This document shows positions 1 to 10,866 of a stretch of DNA of 64,000 bases, piece by piece. The stretch is from contig OZ242372.1 in the NCBI GenBank assembly GCA_965209035.1, positions 1,312,001 through 1,376,000 on the forward strand. The letters are read 5' to 3'. Both the position numbers and the translations under genes were made by a program. Positions within the stretch are counted from its first letter, which is position 1, and each line of letters opens with the position of its first letter. The notes under the pieces were generated by a model that was not told the DNA's origin, made no database searches, and saw only the letters and a program-made list of their open reading frames with translations. The DNA is from Gammaproteobacteria bacterium. GTDB lineage: Bacteria; Pseudomonadota; Gammaproteobacteria; CBDBNL01; JAAOII01.

Positions 1-647
1 TTAATACTCGGATTAGCCATTCGTTCGTTCTCGGCGGTGCCGTATCCGGTCTTCGGGATGTCGGCGGCTTGATTGGACTGGGCGCGGATTTTTCGATTAA
101 TTATTCGTATGCGCTCGGGAGCAATGTATCCGGCAATGATGGCAACGTGGGCGGTGTTGTCGGCTCCGGCACCGATATCCGGATTAGCGATTCGTATGCG
201 TCCGGCGGCCCCGTATCCGGTCTTAATAATGTCGGTGGTCTGATCGGAACCGGGACAGATGGTTCTGTTAGCCGTTCATACGCATCGGGCGGCCCCGTAT
301 CCGGTAATTCAAACACGGGTGGCCTGCTTGGTTCCGGCACAATACGTTTTCTCTATTCCCATTGGGACCGAGAGACCACCGGACAAAGCCGAAGTGCCTC
401 GGGTTTCGGTATCCTTGGCAGAGTTACCCGCGATCTGCAATCACCGCTCAGTTTTTCCAGTAGCATATACTCGGGTTGGGAAAATTTTTGGTGCAATCCG
501 AATACAGGCGAGGTGAGACAAGCCAGGACTCTCCCGACCGCCGACTTCGTTCGTGTTTGGGATCTCGGAAGTAGGAGGCAATATCCCGCTCTGAGCTGCA
601 CGCCGGGCGGAGTCGCAATCCAACGCCCCGATGATGCGTTTCCCTAA
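1..647 (+). CDS. C-terminal part of GLUG-repeat beta-helix surface protein (paralog 1), truncated by window edge
   Basis: GGLIG/GGVVG repeats, HWDRETTGQ, and family C-terminal motif WDLGSRRQYPALSC shared with the downstream paralogs. Confidence 0.85.
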   Translation, partial: NTRISHSFVLGGAVSGLRDVGGLIGLGADFSINYSYALGSNVSGNDGNVGGVVGSGTDIRISDSYASGGPVSGLNNVGGLIGTGTDGSVSRSYASGGPVSGNSNTGGLLGSGTIRFLYSHWDRETTGQSRSASGFGILGRVTRDLQSPLSFSSSIYSGWENFWCNPNTGEVRQARTLPTADFVRVWDLGSRRQYPALSCTPGGVAIQRPDDAFP

Positions 648-973
648 GTTGCCGGTGCCGGCATATATACGCACTGACGGCGACGGTTCTCCGAAGGTTC
701 GGATTGTCAACTGCCGGATACCGACATCCTTGCAAGCGAATACGGATAACAACAATTCCGCATAGTTCCAAAATAGGTGTGAATTTAATCGGAAACACAT
801 CGATCGGCAGGATTGGCAGGACCGGCAGCCGAAACAAATTACTGAGTCCGTATTTGGCTTTTAATTAATGACCGGTAGCGAACGACTTTTTATGCAACAC
901 CGAAAGCGACAAAACGAGTGTGATCATGCAATTTTTATCCGGGTATCCCGTATAATAGTAAGTACTATCGAAG

Positions 974-3900
974 ATGGTTTTAACTAATATGAAACTTGTG
1001 ATAAATATGATGTGTTTGAAATTTTACGGTCTGGTTGCGGGCAGGCGGTTTGGTTCTTTTTTATCATCTTTATTGCTCGGTAGTTTTTTGATTATCTTTC
1101 TTAACGCCTGTGGCGGTACGATTAATGACGGAACCGGCGATGATGGTTCTTCTCCTGCCCCTGCCGTATTCAGTGCCAATGCCGTGCCGGCCGAGGACAT
1201 GCTTCTTCTCAGATGGACCAATCCGAATCATAACAATATCACGGGATTCAATATTAGTTGGACAGATACGAACGACCCGACCAAGAGCGGAACAATTTTT
1301 CTTGCGGCGAATGACATTGATGTGAGGGTCGCCGCCGGGGCTGAAATGCAATACGGTATTACCGAACTGAAGGACAGTCGTGCCTATAAGGTGAGCGTGG
1401 CAGTCATCTATACCGACGGCAGTTCGACGGTTTCCGAGATTTCAGCGCACGGGCCGCGAACGAATACGGGTGATGACGAGGATCGGGATGATGATGCAAA
1501 TGACCGGGACGATGACACAGAGGATCGGGACGATGATAATCACAGTTTGACGGATAATGAATCTGTTATTCCGGTAGCGAATAAGAACAGCGGGCAGGAT
1601 CCAACGGATGATGTGTGTGTTTCTATTGTGTACGATAACAATGGCGATCTTGCGGATGATCTGTGTGTTGTGGACGGTGATGATGACGACCGGGATGGTG
1701 ATAATAGCAGTTTGACGGATGGTGCGGATGTTCTGCCGGTGGCGGACAATCCCGGTTTGACAGATGGCGAAGATGTTCTTCCGGTAGCGAACAATCCCGG
1801 TTTGACAGATGGCGAAGATGTTCTGCCGGTGGCGGACAATCCCGGTTTGACAGATGGCGAAGATGTTCTTCCGGTAGCGAATAAGAACAACAAACCGGAT
1901 ACAACGGATGATGCGTGTGTTGCTGTTGCGGACGATGACAATGACGGTGTTGCGGATGATGTGTGTGTTGTGGACGGTGACAATGACGGCGTTGCGGATG
2001 AGGCGGATGTGGATGACAATAATAATGGCTTAATAGAAATCCGCACGCTGGATGCACTGGCGCGTCTGCGTGATGATCTAAATGGCGACGGCGCGGATGA
2101 CGGTAACCTTGCCGAAATTACCGCGGTTGGGACAGAAGGCTGTCCCGTTTCGGGTTGCATCGGCTATGAGTTGACCCGCTCTCTTGATTTTAGTGATATT
2201 GCTTCCTACGAGCCGAGTCGTAGCAATCTGTATACTCGGGCCGCCGGCAAAGGCTGGCAGCCGATAGGTTATTGTGTCGATGTTAATGATTGCTTCGCCT
2301 ATCGGGGAATTTTTGAGGGCAATCATCATCGTATTTTGAATTTGTTTGTTTCCGCGGATGAGACTGTCAACGGTGTTGGGTTGTTTGCGGCGGTGACCGG
2401 CACTGTGCGGAATTTGGATTTGTTGTCCGCGCATGTCAGTGGCGGGGCTTCCGATGTGGGCTTGTTGGCGGGTCATGGTCGCAACGGGCACTTTGAGAAT
2501 ATCTCGGTTTCGGGCAAGGTGGTGAGTCCGGCAGCCATCACCGTAGGCGGACTTGGCGGGGATCTGACGGATACCAACTTGATTAAAACTGTTGCCAAAG
2601 ATATTCATATACGGGGAAAGAACATTGTCGGCGGGCTGATCGGATACGGAGAAGATGTACGAATTAGCGATTCGTCCGTGTCCGGCGTAGATATATTTGG
2701 AAAAACCGGTGTCGGCGGTTTGGTCGGCTACAGTTTTAATGCCGAAATTACCCGTTCCTATGTGGCCGACGGATCCGTATCCGGTGATGCCGATGTCGGC
2801 GGTTTGGTCGGCCAAGGTTATGATGCTTGGATTGGTTATTCTTATGTGATCGGCGTGTCCGTATCCGGTGATGCCGATGTCGGCGGTTTGGTCGGCGATG
2901 GTTACGGATCTCGGATTGACCATTCGTATGCGTCCGGCGGCTATGCATCCGCGGCAGTCGGAACATCCGCGGCAGCCGGAGTATCCGGCAATTCCAACGT
3001 CGGCGGTTTGGTCGGCTATGGTTTTGATACCCGAATTAATCATTCGTATGCATCCGTCGGCCCCGTATCCGGCGGTTCGTTCGCGGGCGGATTGGTGGGA
3101 AGCCATAATATTAATACTGTGGTCGCCGACTCCTACTGGGACAGAGAGACCACAGAGCAACCGACCGGTGGCGGCAATCTTGGCCGGGGCAAGACCACAG
3201 CCGAACTGCAATCACCCACCGAGTTTGCCGGCGGCATTTATAACGACTGGGGTAACTTCTGGTGTGATCCGAACACAGGCGAAGTGATGGAAAGTCGGAG
3301 CAGACCTGCCGCAGGCTATATGCGTGTTTGGGATCTGGGAAGCGACACACAGTATCCGGCATTAAGTTGCGCCTCCGGCGGGTCGGTTCGGCAACACTGC
3401 CGGGTGGGAGCAAGTATTAACGGAGATGGCACAGGCAATGCGAATGACGGCGGGGATGCCTGCGTTGCGGACAGTGACAATGATGGTATTGAAGATGAAA
3501 CGGATGTGGATGACAACAACAATGGCTTGATAGAAATCCGCACTCTGGATGCATTGGCACGGCTGCGCGATGATCTGGATGGCGATGGAACAGATGATGG
3601 CAATATTGCCGAGATTACCGCCGTGGGTTCCGCGGGCTGCCCGAGTTCCGGTTGTGTGGGTTACGAATTGACCCGTTCGTTGAATTTTAGCCGGGCAAGT
3701 TCTTATGAGGAGAACAGCGGCAACCCGGCTGTTTGGGCGAGTCGCAGTGGCAGCGGCTGGGAGCCGATAGGTTACTGTGTTGACTATGATGGTTGCATCG
3801 CTTATTCGGGCGTGTTTGATGGCGGGGATCATGCTATTGCCGACCTGTTTGTCTCTGCGGCTGATGATGCCAACGGAGTGGGCTTATTTGGTGCGTTCAA

Positions 3901-5071
3901 TGGTAGCATTCAAAATCTGCATCTCCGGAATGCGCGCGTCAGTGGCGGTGACTTTGATGTAGGGTTGCTGGTAGGCTATGGCAGTAATGCCCGTTATGAG
4001 AATCTGTCGGTTACGGGTGGCAGTGTGATGAGCCCGTCTGCCGGCGGAGTGGGCGGTCTGGTTGGGTCCGGTTGGTATGCGGATATTCGCCATGTTCATG
4101 TATCCGGCACAGATGTTTCCGGGAGATCCGGTGTCGGCGGTCTGGTTGGGTCCGGTTGGTATGCGGATATTCGCTATGCCGGTGTGTCCGGCGGAAGTGT
4201 TGTCGGCGATAGTAATGTCGGCGGGCTGATTGGGTATGGCAGGTATGCGGATATTCGCTATGCTCATGTATCCGGTGTAAATGTTTCCGGTTGGAATAAT
4301 GTTGGCGGTCTGGTTGGGTTCGGTGAGGAAGTTAATATTCGCTATGCCGGCGTGTCCGACGGAAATGTTTCCGGGGACCTTGATGTTGACGGATACGGAG
4401 CCTACTTTATTGGCGGATTGGTTGGGTATGGTCCGGGTGCCGCTATTCGCTATGCTCATATATCCGGTACAGATGTTTCCGGGAGGTCCGATATCGGCGG
4501 ACTGGCCGGGTATGGGGCCTATACGGATATTCGCTATGCTTATGTGTCCGGCACAGATGTTTCCGGAGATCGTACTGTTGGCGGGCTGGTTGCAAGTGGT
4601 TGGGCTGCGGATATTCGCTATGCTTATGTGTTCGGCGGAAGTGTTACCGGCGAGAATGAAGTTGGCGGACTGGTTGGGTATGGGCAGCTTAGTCAAATTC
4701 ATTATTCTTATGCCGCCACCGGTCTTGTTCCGGGTTCCGGTGATATTATTGGAGGCTTGATCGGCAATGCCAATAGTCAAACTACCGTCCATTCCGCTTA
4801 TTGGGATACTCAAACCGCCGGGCGGCCGATGGCGAAGAGTGGCGGCAATCTTGGCCGGGGCAAGACCACAGCCGAATTGCAATCACCCACCGAGTTTGCC
4901 GGCAGCATTTACAAAGACTGGGGCAATCTCCGGTGTGATCCAAATACGGGCAATGTGATCGAGACCACTGATCCGGCTGCTCCGTTTATTCCTCTTTGGG
5001 ATCTTGGCACGAATTCCCAATACCCGGTGCTGAATTGCCTGCCCGGTGGCCTCTCGGCGCAAGGCAGGTAG
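974..5071 (+). CDS. Large lipoprotein (paralog 2): FN3-like domain, Asp-rich repeats, two GLUG beta-helix modules
   Basis: Lipobox FLNAC-GG; DVDDNNNGLIEIRTLD motif and WDLGxxxQYP terminus each occur twice; exact start uncertain. Confidence 0.85.
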   Translation: MVLTNMKLVINMMCLKFYGLVAGRRFGSFLSSLLLGSFLIIFLNACGGTINDGTGDDGSSPAPAVFSANAVPAEDMLLLRWTNPNHNNITGFNISWTDTNDPTKSGTIFLAANDIDVRVAAGAEMQYGITELKDSRAYKVSVAVIYTDGSSTVSEISAHGPRTNTGDDEDRDDDANDRDDDTEDRDDDNHSLTDNESVIPVANKNSGQDPTDDVCVSIVYDNNGDLADDLCVVDGDDDDRDGDNSSLTDGADVLPVADNPGLTDGEDVLPVANNPGLTDGEDVLPVADNPGLTDGEDVLPVANKNNKPDTTDDACVAVADDDNDGVADDVCVVDGDNDGVADEADVDDNNNGLIEIRTLDALARLRDDLNGDGADDGNLAEITAVGTEGCPVSGCIGYELTRSLDFSDIASYEPSRSNLYTRAAGKGWQPIGYCVDVNDCFAYRGIFEGNHHRILNLFVSADETVNGVGLFAAVTGTVRNLDLLSAHVSGGASDVGLLAGHGRNGHFENISVSGKVVSPAAITVGGLGGDLTDTNLIKTVAKDIHIRGKNIVGGLIGYGEDVRISDSSVSGVDIFGKTGVGGLVGYSFNAEITRSYVADGSVSGDADVGGLVGQGYDAWIGYSYVIGVSVSGDADVGGLVGDGYGSRIDHSYASGGYASAAVGTSAAAGVSGNSNVGGLVGYGFDTRINHSYASVGPVSGGSFAGGLVGSHNINTVVADSYWDRETTEQPTGGGNLGRGKTTAELQSPTEFAGGIYNDWGNFWCDPNTGEVMESRSRPAAGYMRVWDLGSDTQYPALSCASGGSVRQHCRVGASINGDGTGNANDGGDACVADSDNDGIEDETDVDDNNNGLIEIRTLDALARLRDDLDGDGTDDGNIAEITAVGSAGCPSSGCVGYELTRSLNFSRASSYEENSGNPAVWASRSGSGWEPIGYCVDYDGCIAYSGVFDGGDHAIADLFVSAADDANGVGLFGAFNGSIQNLHLRNARVSGGDFDVGLLVGYGSNARYENLSVTGGSVMSPSAGGVGGLVGSGWYADIRHVHVSGTDVSGRSGVGGLVGSGWYADIRYAGVSGGSVVGDSNVGGLIGYGRYADIRYAHVSGVNVSGWNNVGGLVGFGEEVNIRYAGVSDGNVSGDLDVDGYGAYFIGGLVGYGPGAAIRYAHISGTDVSGRSDIGGLAGYGAYTDIRYAYVSGTDVSGDRTVGGLVASGWAADIRYAYVFGGSVTGENEVGGLVGYGQLSQIHYSYAATGLVPGSGDIIGGLIGNANSQTTVHSAYWDTQTAGRPMAKSGGNLGRGKTTAELQSPTEFAGSIYKDWGNLRCDPNTGNVIETTDPAAPFIPLWDLGTNSQYPVLNCLPGGLSAQGR
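1712..1882 (+). repeat. 45-bp in-frame tandem repeat (LTDGEDVLPVAD/NNPG), about 4 copies
   Basis: Direct repeats visible in both DNA and protein. Confidence 0.9.
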
Positions 5072-5567
5072 ACAGGCAGGCAGGTAGGCAGGGCAGATAG
5101 AGAGAGAGTGCGGGTAAAAGAGAAGCCGGGGCTGCCGGCCGACAGAGCGGCCGGGATAAGACAAATAAGCAGACATTAAAAAATTTTTTGGAAATCTATA
5201 GACAAGGTGTTAGGTCGCCGATGCTATCGGGACGTGCTCTTAACTTATTCTTAATTTAAAAGAACAAAAGAACACTTAAAAAAAGAAGCCGGGGACAGCT
5301 TCCAACTCCTCTATTCTCTATTCATACCCCATTCGCTAACGCCCTAATACTACTACTAATACTTAGAGAACAACTCTCACCGACTAGATTCGCTGCGGAC
5401 AAAAACACACGGAGTCCGAGACCGCTCGGGATGATGCCCGGATGACACAACAGGCTGGGCTGGTATCATCTCGCGCTTCCCCATTATGCCCACAAACAAC
5501 CTTCGCCAATCCGGTTCTCAATACCGAAAGCCCAAAACCGGACGGGATGATGCACACAGGCCGCAAC

Positions 5568-5590
5568 TTGGAAATCGGTGTTATAATTAA
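5568..5590 (+). promoter_or_regulatory. Putative extended -10 promoter (TGtTATAAT) shared by lipoprotein paralogs
   Basis: ttggaaatcggtgtTATAATtaa here; ttggaaataggtgtTATAATtaa on the minus strand at about 52886-52908 upstream of paralog 5. Confidence 0.55.
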
Positions 5591-5651
5591 CAGTATGGAA
5601 TTTTTGTATCCATTAAAAATTAATAACTATCACTATATAGAACAAGTCACG

Positions 5652-8018
5652 ATGCATCCCATTAACTTTTTATCTGCTCGGCTGGTGCGAGGAACACGCG
5701 GCCGACAGTCACGCCCGGCATTTACCCGGGGCCTTAATCATTTTCCAAATACTTTGATGTCGTTTACCGGGCGGGTTAGATTGCCGCTAACACGGGCATC
5801 CGATGCCAGCCGGCGGCTGAATCGACTGCCTCGTTTGCCTCGTTTGGTGTGTGCTGTTCTGCCGGCATGCATCTTCGGCTTGCTTCTTGCCGGTTGTGGC
5901 GGGGGGGGGGGCGGCAATGGTGGTGGCGCTCCCGCTCCTGCGGCGAGCCCATCTGTTTCCGATATCGAGTTTGCGGCGGGGGGTACAAACACGAGTTTGA
6001 TTGTCTCCTGGACGAACCCGGATCAACCAAGTATTACCGGCTTTAATGTGACTTGGCAGAATATCGCAGTTCCGGCTGACAAGGGCGTCCGGGAATTGAC
6101 AGCGGCGGATGTTAATGTCTCGGCCGGTGCGCGCGTGGTTGAAACCATTACGGGTTTGATGCACAATGCTACTTACCATCTTACGATTGTGACGATCTAT
6201 ACGGGTGGTCGCTCGGCATCGGCTGTGCCGGCTGATCCGGCCAGGACCGGGTCTGCGGGAAGGACTCCGTCGGGAGACCTTGACAGAGACGGAGTTCCGA
6301 ATGCGGATGACAACTGCCCGCAGACACCCAATGCGGATCAAACCAACACGGACATGCATTCTACTGACGGCGGTGATGCCTGCGATGATGACGATGACAA
6401 TGATGGCGTGAAGGATCTTGCGGATACCTGTGCGCGCAACGCGATAGGCTGGACTTCCGATGCGACAACGGACAATGATGGTGACGGCTGTCGCGATGCC
6501 GATGAGGATTTGGACGATGACAATGACGGTGTGGGGGATGGTTCGGACAACTGTCCGCTGACAGCCAATGCGGATCAAACCAACACGGACATGCATTCTA
6601 CTGACGGCGGTGATGCCTGCGACCCGGACGATGACAATGACGGTTTTCCGGACATAGCCAACGCGACGATGGCCGCGGATGTGGATGACAATCATAACGG
6701 TCTCATAGAAATCCGCACTTTGGATGACTTGGCACGGTTGCGCGATGACCTAAATGGCAACGGGGCGGATGATGGCCGGTTCGGTGAGATTACCTCTGTC
6801 GGATCTACGGGCTGTCCCGCCGGCGGCTGCCAGGGTTACGAATTAACCCGTTCGTTGAATTTTAGCGATGCGGCTTCCTATGTCATGGGTAGCGGTGGCA
6901 GCGGCAATCGGACTGTTTGGACGGATCGCAACGGTAGCGGTTGGATGCCGATCGGATCCTGTTCCGCTTTGGATGTTTGCACCGCTTATGCGGGCGTGTT
7001 TGATGGCGGGGGTCATACTATTGCCGATCTGTTTATCGCTGCGAGTAATACTATGCATGGAGTGGGCTTGTTTGGTGCGTTCGCCGGTCGTCTTCAAAAC
7101 CTGCATCTTCGGAATGCGACTGTCCGTGGTGGTGTCGGTAATGTGGGGCTGTTGGTAGGTCATGGCAGTCTCGTTGATGAGAATGGGCGCTTTACCGGGC
7201 GTACCTATTATGAAAATCTGTCGGTTACGGATGGCAGTGTGGTGGGTCCGTCCGTTTTCAGTGAAAGAGTGGGCGGGCTGATTGGGAATGGCGGGAATGC
7301 TAAAATTCGCTATGCCGGTGTATCCGGCGTCAAAGTTTTCGGCAGGGCGTTTGCGACTGGCGGACTGATTGGGTATGGTGAGCGTGCTGAAATTCGCTAT
7401 GCTACTGTGTCCGGCGTAGATATAGATTTTTCCGATGGAGGTAACGGTGGCGGACTGGTGGGGTTCGGTAATAGTGCTAATATTCGTTATGCTACTGTGT
7501 TCGGCGGAAGTGTTGCCGGAACCGGTCAACAAAATGTTGGCGGGCTGGTTGGCATCGGCTCGGGGTCTGTGATTGACTATGCCTATGTGTCCGACGTCAA
7601 TGTTTCCGGGGATTTCGCGGTTGGCGGACTAATTGGGGATGGGACTTTGGCTCAAATTTCTTATTCTTATGCCACCGCCGCCGTGACTAATTCAAAGTTC
7701 TCCGGCGGCGGCTTGATCGAACTTGCCGATACTCCCCCCGTCATCAGCGCTTCCTATTGGGATACTCAAGTCAGCGGGCTGTTAACCAGTGCCGGCGGTG
7801 TGGGCTACAACACGACAGACTTACAATCGCCGACCAACTTCACGGGGGCGGATAATATCTATGCGGCCTGGGGCAATGCTTGGTGCAACCCGAACACCGG
7901 TGCGGAAAGCGCCACCGAGTTGCCCACCCCCTTCGTCCGTGTCTGGGATCTCGGCAACAGCACACAATACCCGGCTCTGAATTGCCTGCCCGGCGGCCTC
8001 TCGGCTCAAGGCAGGTAG
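5652..8018 (+). CDS. Lipoprotein (paralog 3): long leader, FN3-like domain, TSP3-like repeats, GLUG beta-helix
   Basis: Start MHPINF aligns with MNPINF of paralog 4; lipobox LLAGC; DNCP and DxDxDG repeats; G11 tract at 5901-5911. Confidence 0.85.
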   Translation: MHPINFLSARLVRGTRGRQSRPAFTRGLNHFPNTLMSFTGRVRLPLTRASDASRRLNRLPRLPRLVCAVLPACIFGLLLAGCGGGGGGNGGGAPAPAASPSVSDIEFAAGGTNTSLIVSWTNPDQPSITGFNVTWQNIAVPADKGVRELTAADVNVSAGARVVETITGLMHNATYHLTIVTIYTGGRSASAVPADPARTGSAGRTPSGDLDRDGVPNADDNCPQTPNADQTNTDMHSTDGGDACDDDDDNDGVKDLADTCARNAIGWTSDATTDNDGDGCRDADEDLDDDNDGVGDGSDNCPLTANADQTNTDMHSTDGGDACDPDDDNDGFPDIANATMAADVDDNHNGLIEIRTLDDLARLRDDLNGNGADDGRFGEITSVGSTGCPAGGCQGYELTRSLNFSDAASYVMGSGGSGNRTVWTDRNGSGWMPIGSCSALDVCTAYAGVFDGGGHTIADLFIAASNTMHGVGLFGAFAGRLQNLHLRNATVRGGVGNVGLLVGHGSLVDENGRFTGRTYYENLSVTDGSVVGPSVFSERVGGLIGNGGNAKIRYAGVSGVKVFGRAFATGGLIGYGERAEIRYATVSGVDIDFSDGGNGGGLVGFGNSANIRYATVFGGSVAGTGQQNVGGLVGIGSGSVIDYAYVSDVNVSGDFAVGGLIGDGTLAQISYSYATAAVTNSKFSGGGLIELADTPPVISASYWDTQVSGLLTSAGGVGYNTTDLQSPTNFTGADNIYAAWGNAWCNPNTGAESATELPTPFVRVWDLGNSTQYPALNCLPGGLSAQGR

Positions 8019-8126
8019 GCAGGGCAGATAGCACGGTGTTGCACCAGTTACCGGAATTTAGGCTTTCTTTTTTAATGCTATTTATCGGACAGGTTATATT
8101 GTCACTAATATATAGGACAAGTCACG

Positions 8127-10553
8127 ATGAATCCCATTAACTTTTTACCCGCTCGGTCGGTGGGCGGGACACGCGGCCGACAGTCACGCCCGGCACTCGC
8201 ACAGGGCTTCAATAATAATGATGATGTTCCGAATACCTTGATGTTGTCGTTTGCCGGGCGGGTTATATTGCCACTAACGGCAGCCTTTTTTAATGCCAGC
8301 CGGCGGCTGAATCGGCTGCCTCGTTTGCCTCGGCTGGTTCGTTGGACTCGTTTAATGTGCGCCGTTCTGCCGGCATGCATCTTCGGCTTGCTTCTTGCCG
8401 GTTGTGGCGGTGGTGGCGCTCCCGCTCCTGCGGTGAGCCTATCTGTTTCCGATATCGAGTTTGCGGCGGGGGGTACGAACACGAGTTTGATTGTCTCCTG
8501 GACGAACCCGGATCAACCAAGTATTACCGGCTTTAATGTGACTTGGCAGAATATCGCAGTTCCGGCTGACAAGGGCGTCCGGGAATTGACAGCGGCGGAT
8601 GTTGGTGTGAATGTCTCGGCGGCGGCGCGCGTGCTTGTCACTCTTGAGGGTCTGCGGCCGAATGCCGCCTACAACCTGGCGATTGTGGTGATCTATATGG
8701 GTGGTCGCTCGGCATCGGCTGCGCCGGCTGATCCGGCCAGGACCGGGTCTGCGGGAATGACTCCGTCGGGAGACCTTGACAGAGACGGAGTTCCGAATGC
8801 GGATGACAACTGCCCGCTGATACCCAATGCGGATCAAACCAACACGGACATGCATTCTACTGACGGCGGTGATGCCTGCGATGATGACGATGACAATGAC
8901 GATGTCCCGGATGCAACGGATGCGTTTCGTCTGGATGCCTGTGCGAGCATCGACACGGATAAGGACGGAAAACCGGATATGCTAGTTGCCATTTGCACCA
9001 TCGCTGACACCGCCTTAATAGAGGATTTGGACGATGACAATGACGGCGTGGGGGATGGCCCGGACAACTGCCCGCTGGTAGCCAATGCGGATCAAACCAA
9101 CACGGACAGGAACGCAACTGACGGCGGTGATGCCTGCGACCCGGACGATGACAATGACGGTTTTCCGGATATAGCCAATGCGACGACAGCGGCGGATGTG
9201 GATGACAATCATAATGGTCTCATAGAAATTCGTAGTTTGGATGACTTGGCACGGTTGCGCGATGACCTAAATGGCAACGGGGCGGATGATGGCAATATTG
9301 ACGAGATTATTGCTGTGGGATCTACGGGCTGTCCCGCCGGCGGCTGCCAGGGTTACGAATTAACGCGCTCGTTGAATTTTAGTGATGCGGCTTCCTATGT
9401 CACGGGTGGCAGCGGCAATCGGACTGTTTGGACGGATCGCAACGGTAGCGGCTGGACGCCGATCGGATCCTGTTCCGCTTTGGATGTTTGCACCGCTTGG
9501 ACGGCTGTGTTTGATGGCGGGAATCATACGATTGCCGATCTGTTTGTCTCTGCGAGTAATACTACGCATGGAGTGGGTTTGTTTGGTGCGTTCACCGGTC
9601 GTCTTCAAAACCTGCATCTCCGAAATGCGACTGTCCGTGGTGGTGCCAGTGATGTGGGGCTGCTGGTAGGCTATAGCAGTCTCATTGAGGAGCTGGGGGT
9701 CTTTGGCGGGCATACCTATTATGAGAATCTGTCGGTTACGGGTGGCAGTGTGGTTACGGGTAGCAGTTTCATGGGTGCGGCCATCACCGTCGGCAGAGTC
9801 GGCGGGCTGATTGGGTATGGTGGGAATGCTAAAATTCGCTATGCGGGTGTATCCGGCGTCAATATTTCCGCCGAGAGGAATGATGTTGGCGGCCTGGTTG
9901 GGGATGGTCAGCGTGCTGAAATTCGCTATGCTACTGTGTCCGGCGTAGAGGTTTCCACCGGGGAGGAGGGCACTCGTGTGGGCGGTCTGGTTGGGTTCGG
10001 TGGTCGTGCTAATATTCGCTATGCTTATGCATCCGGCGGAAGGGTCGACGGTGAAAATCTTATTGGCGGCCTGGTTGGGAGTGCTCAGTCTGCTGAAATT
10101 CGCTATGCCTATGTGTCCGACGTCAATGTTTCCGCGAGATTTAATGCTGGCGGACTGGTTGGGATTGGGGATAGTGCTATAATTTCTTATTCTTATACCG
10201 CCACCGTGGTTAATTCATTGTTCTCTGATGACGGCTTGATCGGTTCTGTCGTCCTAGGGACAGGGACAACGTACACCGTCACCGATTCTTATTGGGATAC
10301 TCAAGTCAGCGGGCGGTTAACCGGTATCGGCGGTGTGGGTTACAACACGACAGACTTACAATCGCCGACCAACTTCACAGGGGCGGATAATATCTATGCG
10401 GCATGGGGCAATGCCTGGTGCAACCCGAACACCGGTGCGGAGAGTTCCACCGAGTTGTCCGCCCCCTTCGTCCGTGTCTGGGATCTCGGCAACAGCACAC
10501 AATACCCGGCTCTGAATTGCCTGCCCGGCGGCCTCTCGGCGCAAGGAAGGTAA
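8127..10553 (+). CDS. Lipoprotein (paralog 4): FN3-like domain, TSP3-like repeats, GLUG beta-helix
   Basis: Same architecture as paralog 3, with long near-identical blocks. Confidence 0.85.
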   Translation: MNPINFLPARSVGGTRGRQSRPALAQGFNNNDDVPNTLMLSFAGRVILPLTAAFFNASRRLNRLPRLPRLVRWTRLMCAVLPACIFGLLLAGCGGGGAPAPAVSLSVSDIEFAAGGTNTSLIVSWTNPDQPSITGFNVTWQNIAVPADKGVRELTAADVGVNVSAAARVLVTLEGLRPNAAYNLAIVVIYMGGRSASAAPADPARTGSAGMTPSGDLDRDGVPNADDNCPLIPNADQTNTDMHSTDGGDACDDDDDNDDVPDATDAFRLDACASIDTDKDGKPDMLVAICTIADTALIEDLDDDNDGVGDGPDNCPLVANADQTNTDRNATDGGDACDPDDDNDGFPDIANATTAADVDDNHNGLIEIRSLDDLARLRDDLNGNGADDGNIDEIIAVGSTGCPAGGCQGYELTRSLNFSDAASYVTGGSGNRTVWTDRNGSGWTPIGSCSALDVCTAWTAVFDGGNHTIADLFVSASNTTHGVGLFGAFTGRLQNLHLRNATVRGGASDVGLLVGYSSLIEELGVFGGHTYYENLSVTGGSVVTGSSFMGAAITVGRVGGLIGYGGNAKIRYAGVSGVNISAERNDVGGLVGDGQRAEIRYATVSGVEVSTGEEGTRVGGLVGFGGRANIRYAYASGGRVDGENLIGGLVGSAQSAEIRYAYVSDVNVSARFNAGGLVGIGDSAIISYSYTATVVNSLFSDDGLIGSVVLGTGTTYTVTDSYWDTQVSGRLTGIGGVGYNTTDLQSPTNFTGADNIYAAWGNAWCNPNTGAESSTELSAPFVRVWDLGNSTQYPALNCLPGGLSAQGR

Positions 10554-10866
10554 GGCAGGCAGAGCAGATGGAGAGCGCGCAGGTAAAAGGGAAGCCGGGG
10601 CTGCCGGGCAACCGACAGAGCGACCGGGGCAGGGCAGGACAAGACCGATCAGCAGACATCGCCTGCCGGGGAAGGGAGAGTCGCAAGGGTCGCAACCTCG
10701 CCAGATTGTGCTCACTGCCCGTGTCATCCGCTTTTTCGGATAGGAACAACTCTCGCCGGTTAGGCTCGGACAAAAAACGAAATACACAAAAATCAATTTT
10801 TATTTGTATAATAACCGGATAAACATAAAATTATTAGTAAACTTTAAAACTTAACAAAACAAAAAA

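Noticed and set aside
5368-10790. Integron attC sites between lipoprotein genes
   Set aside because: No integrase and no consistent RYYYAAC/GTTRRRY boxes; the repeats also occur beside purE and tctC
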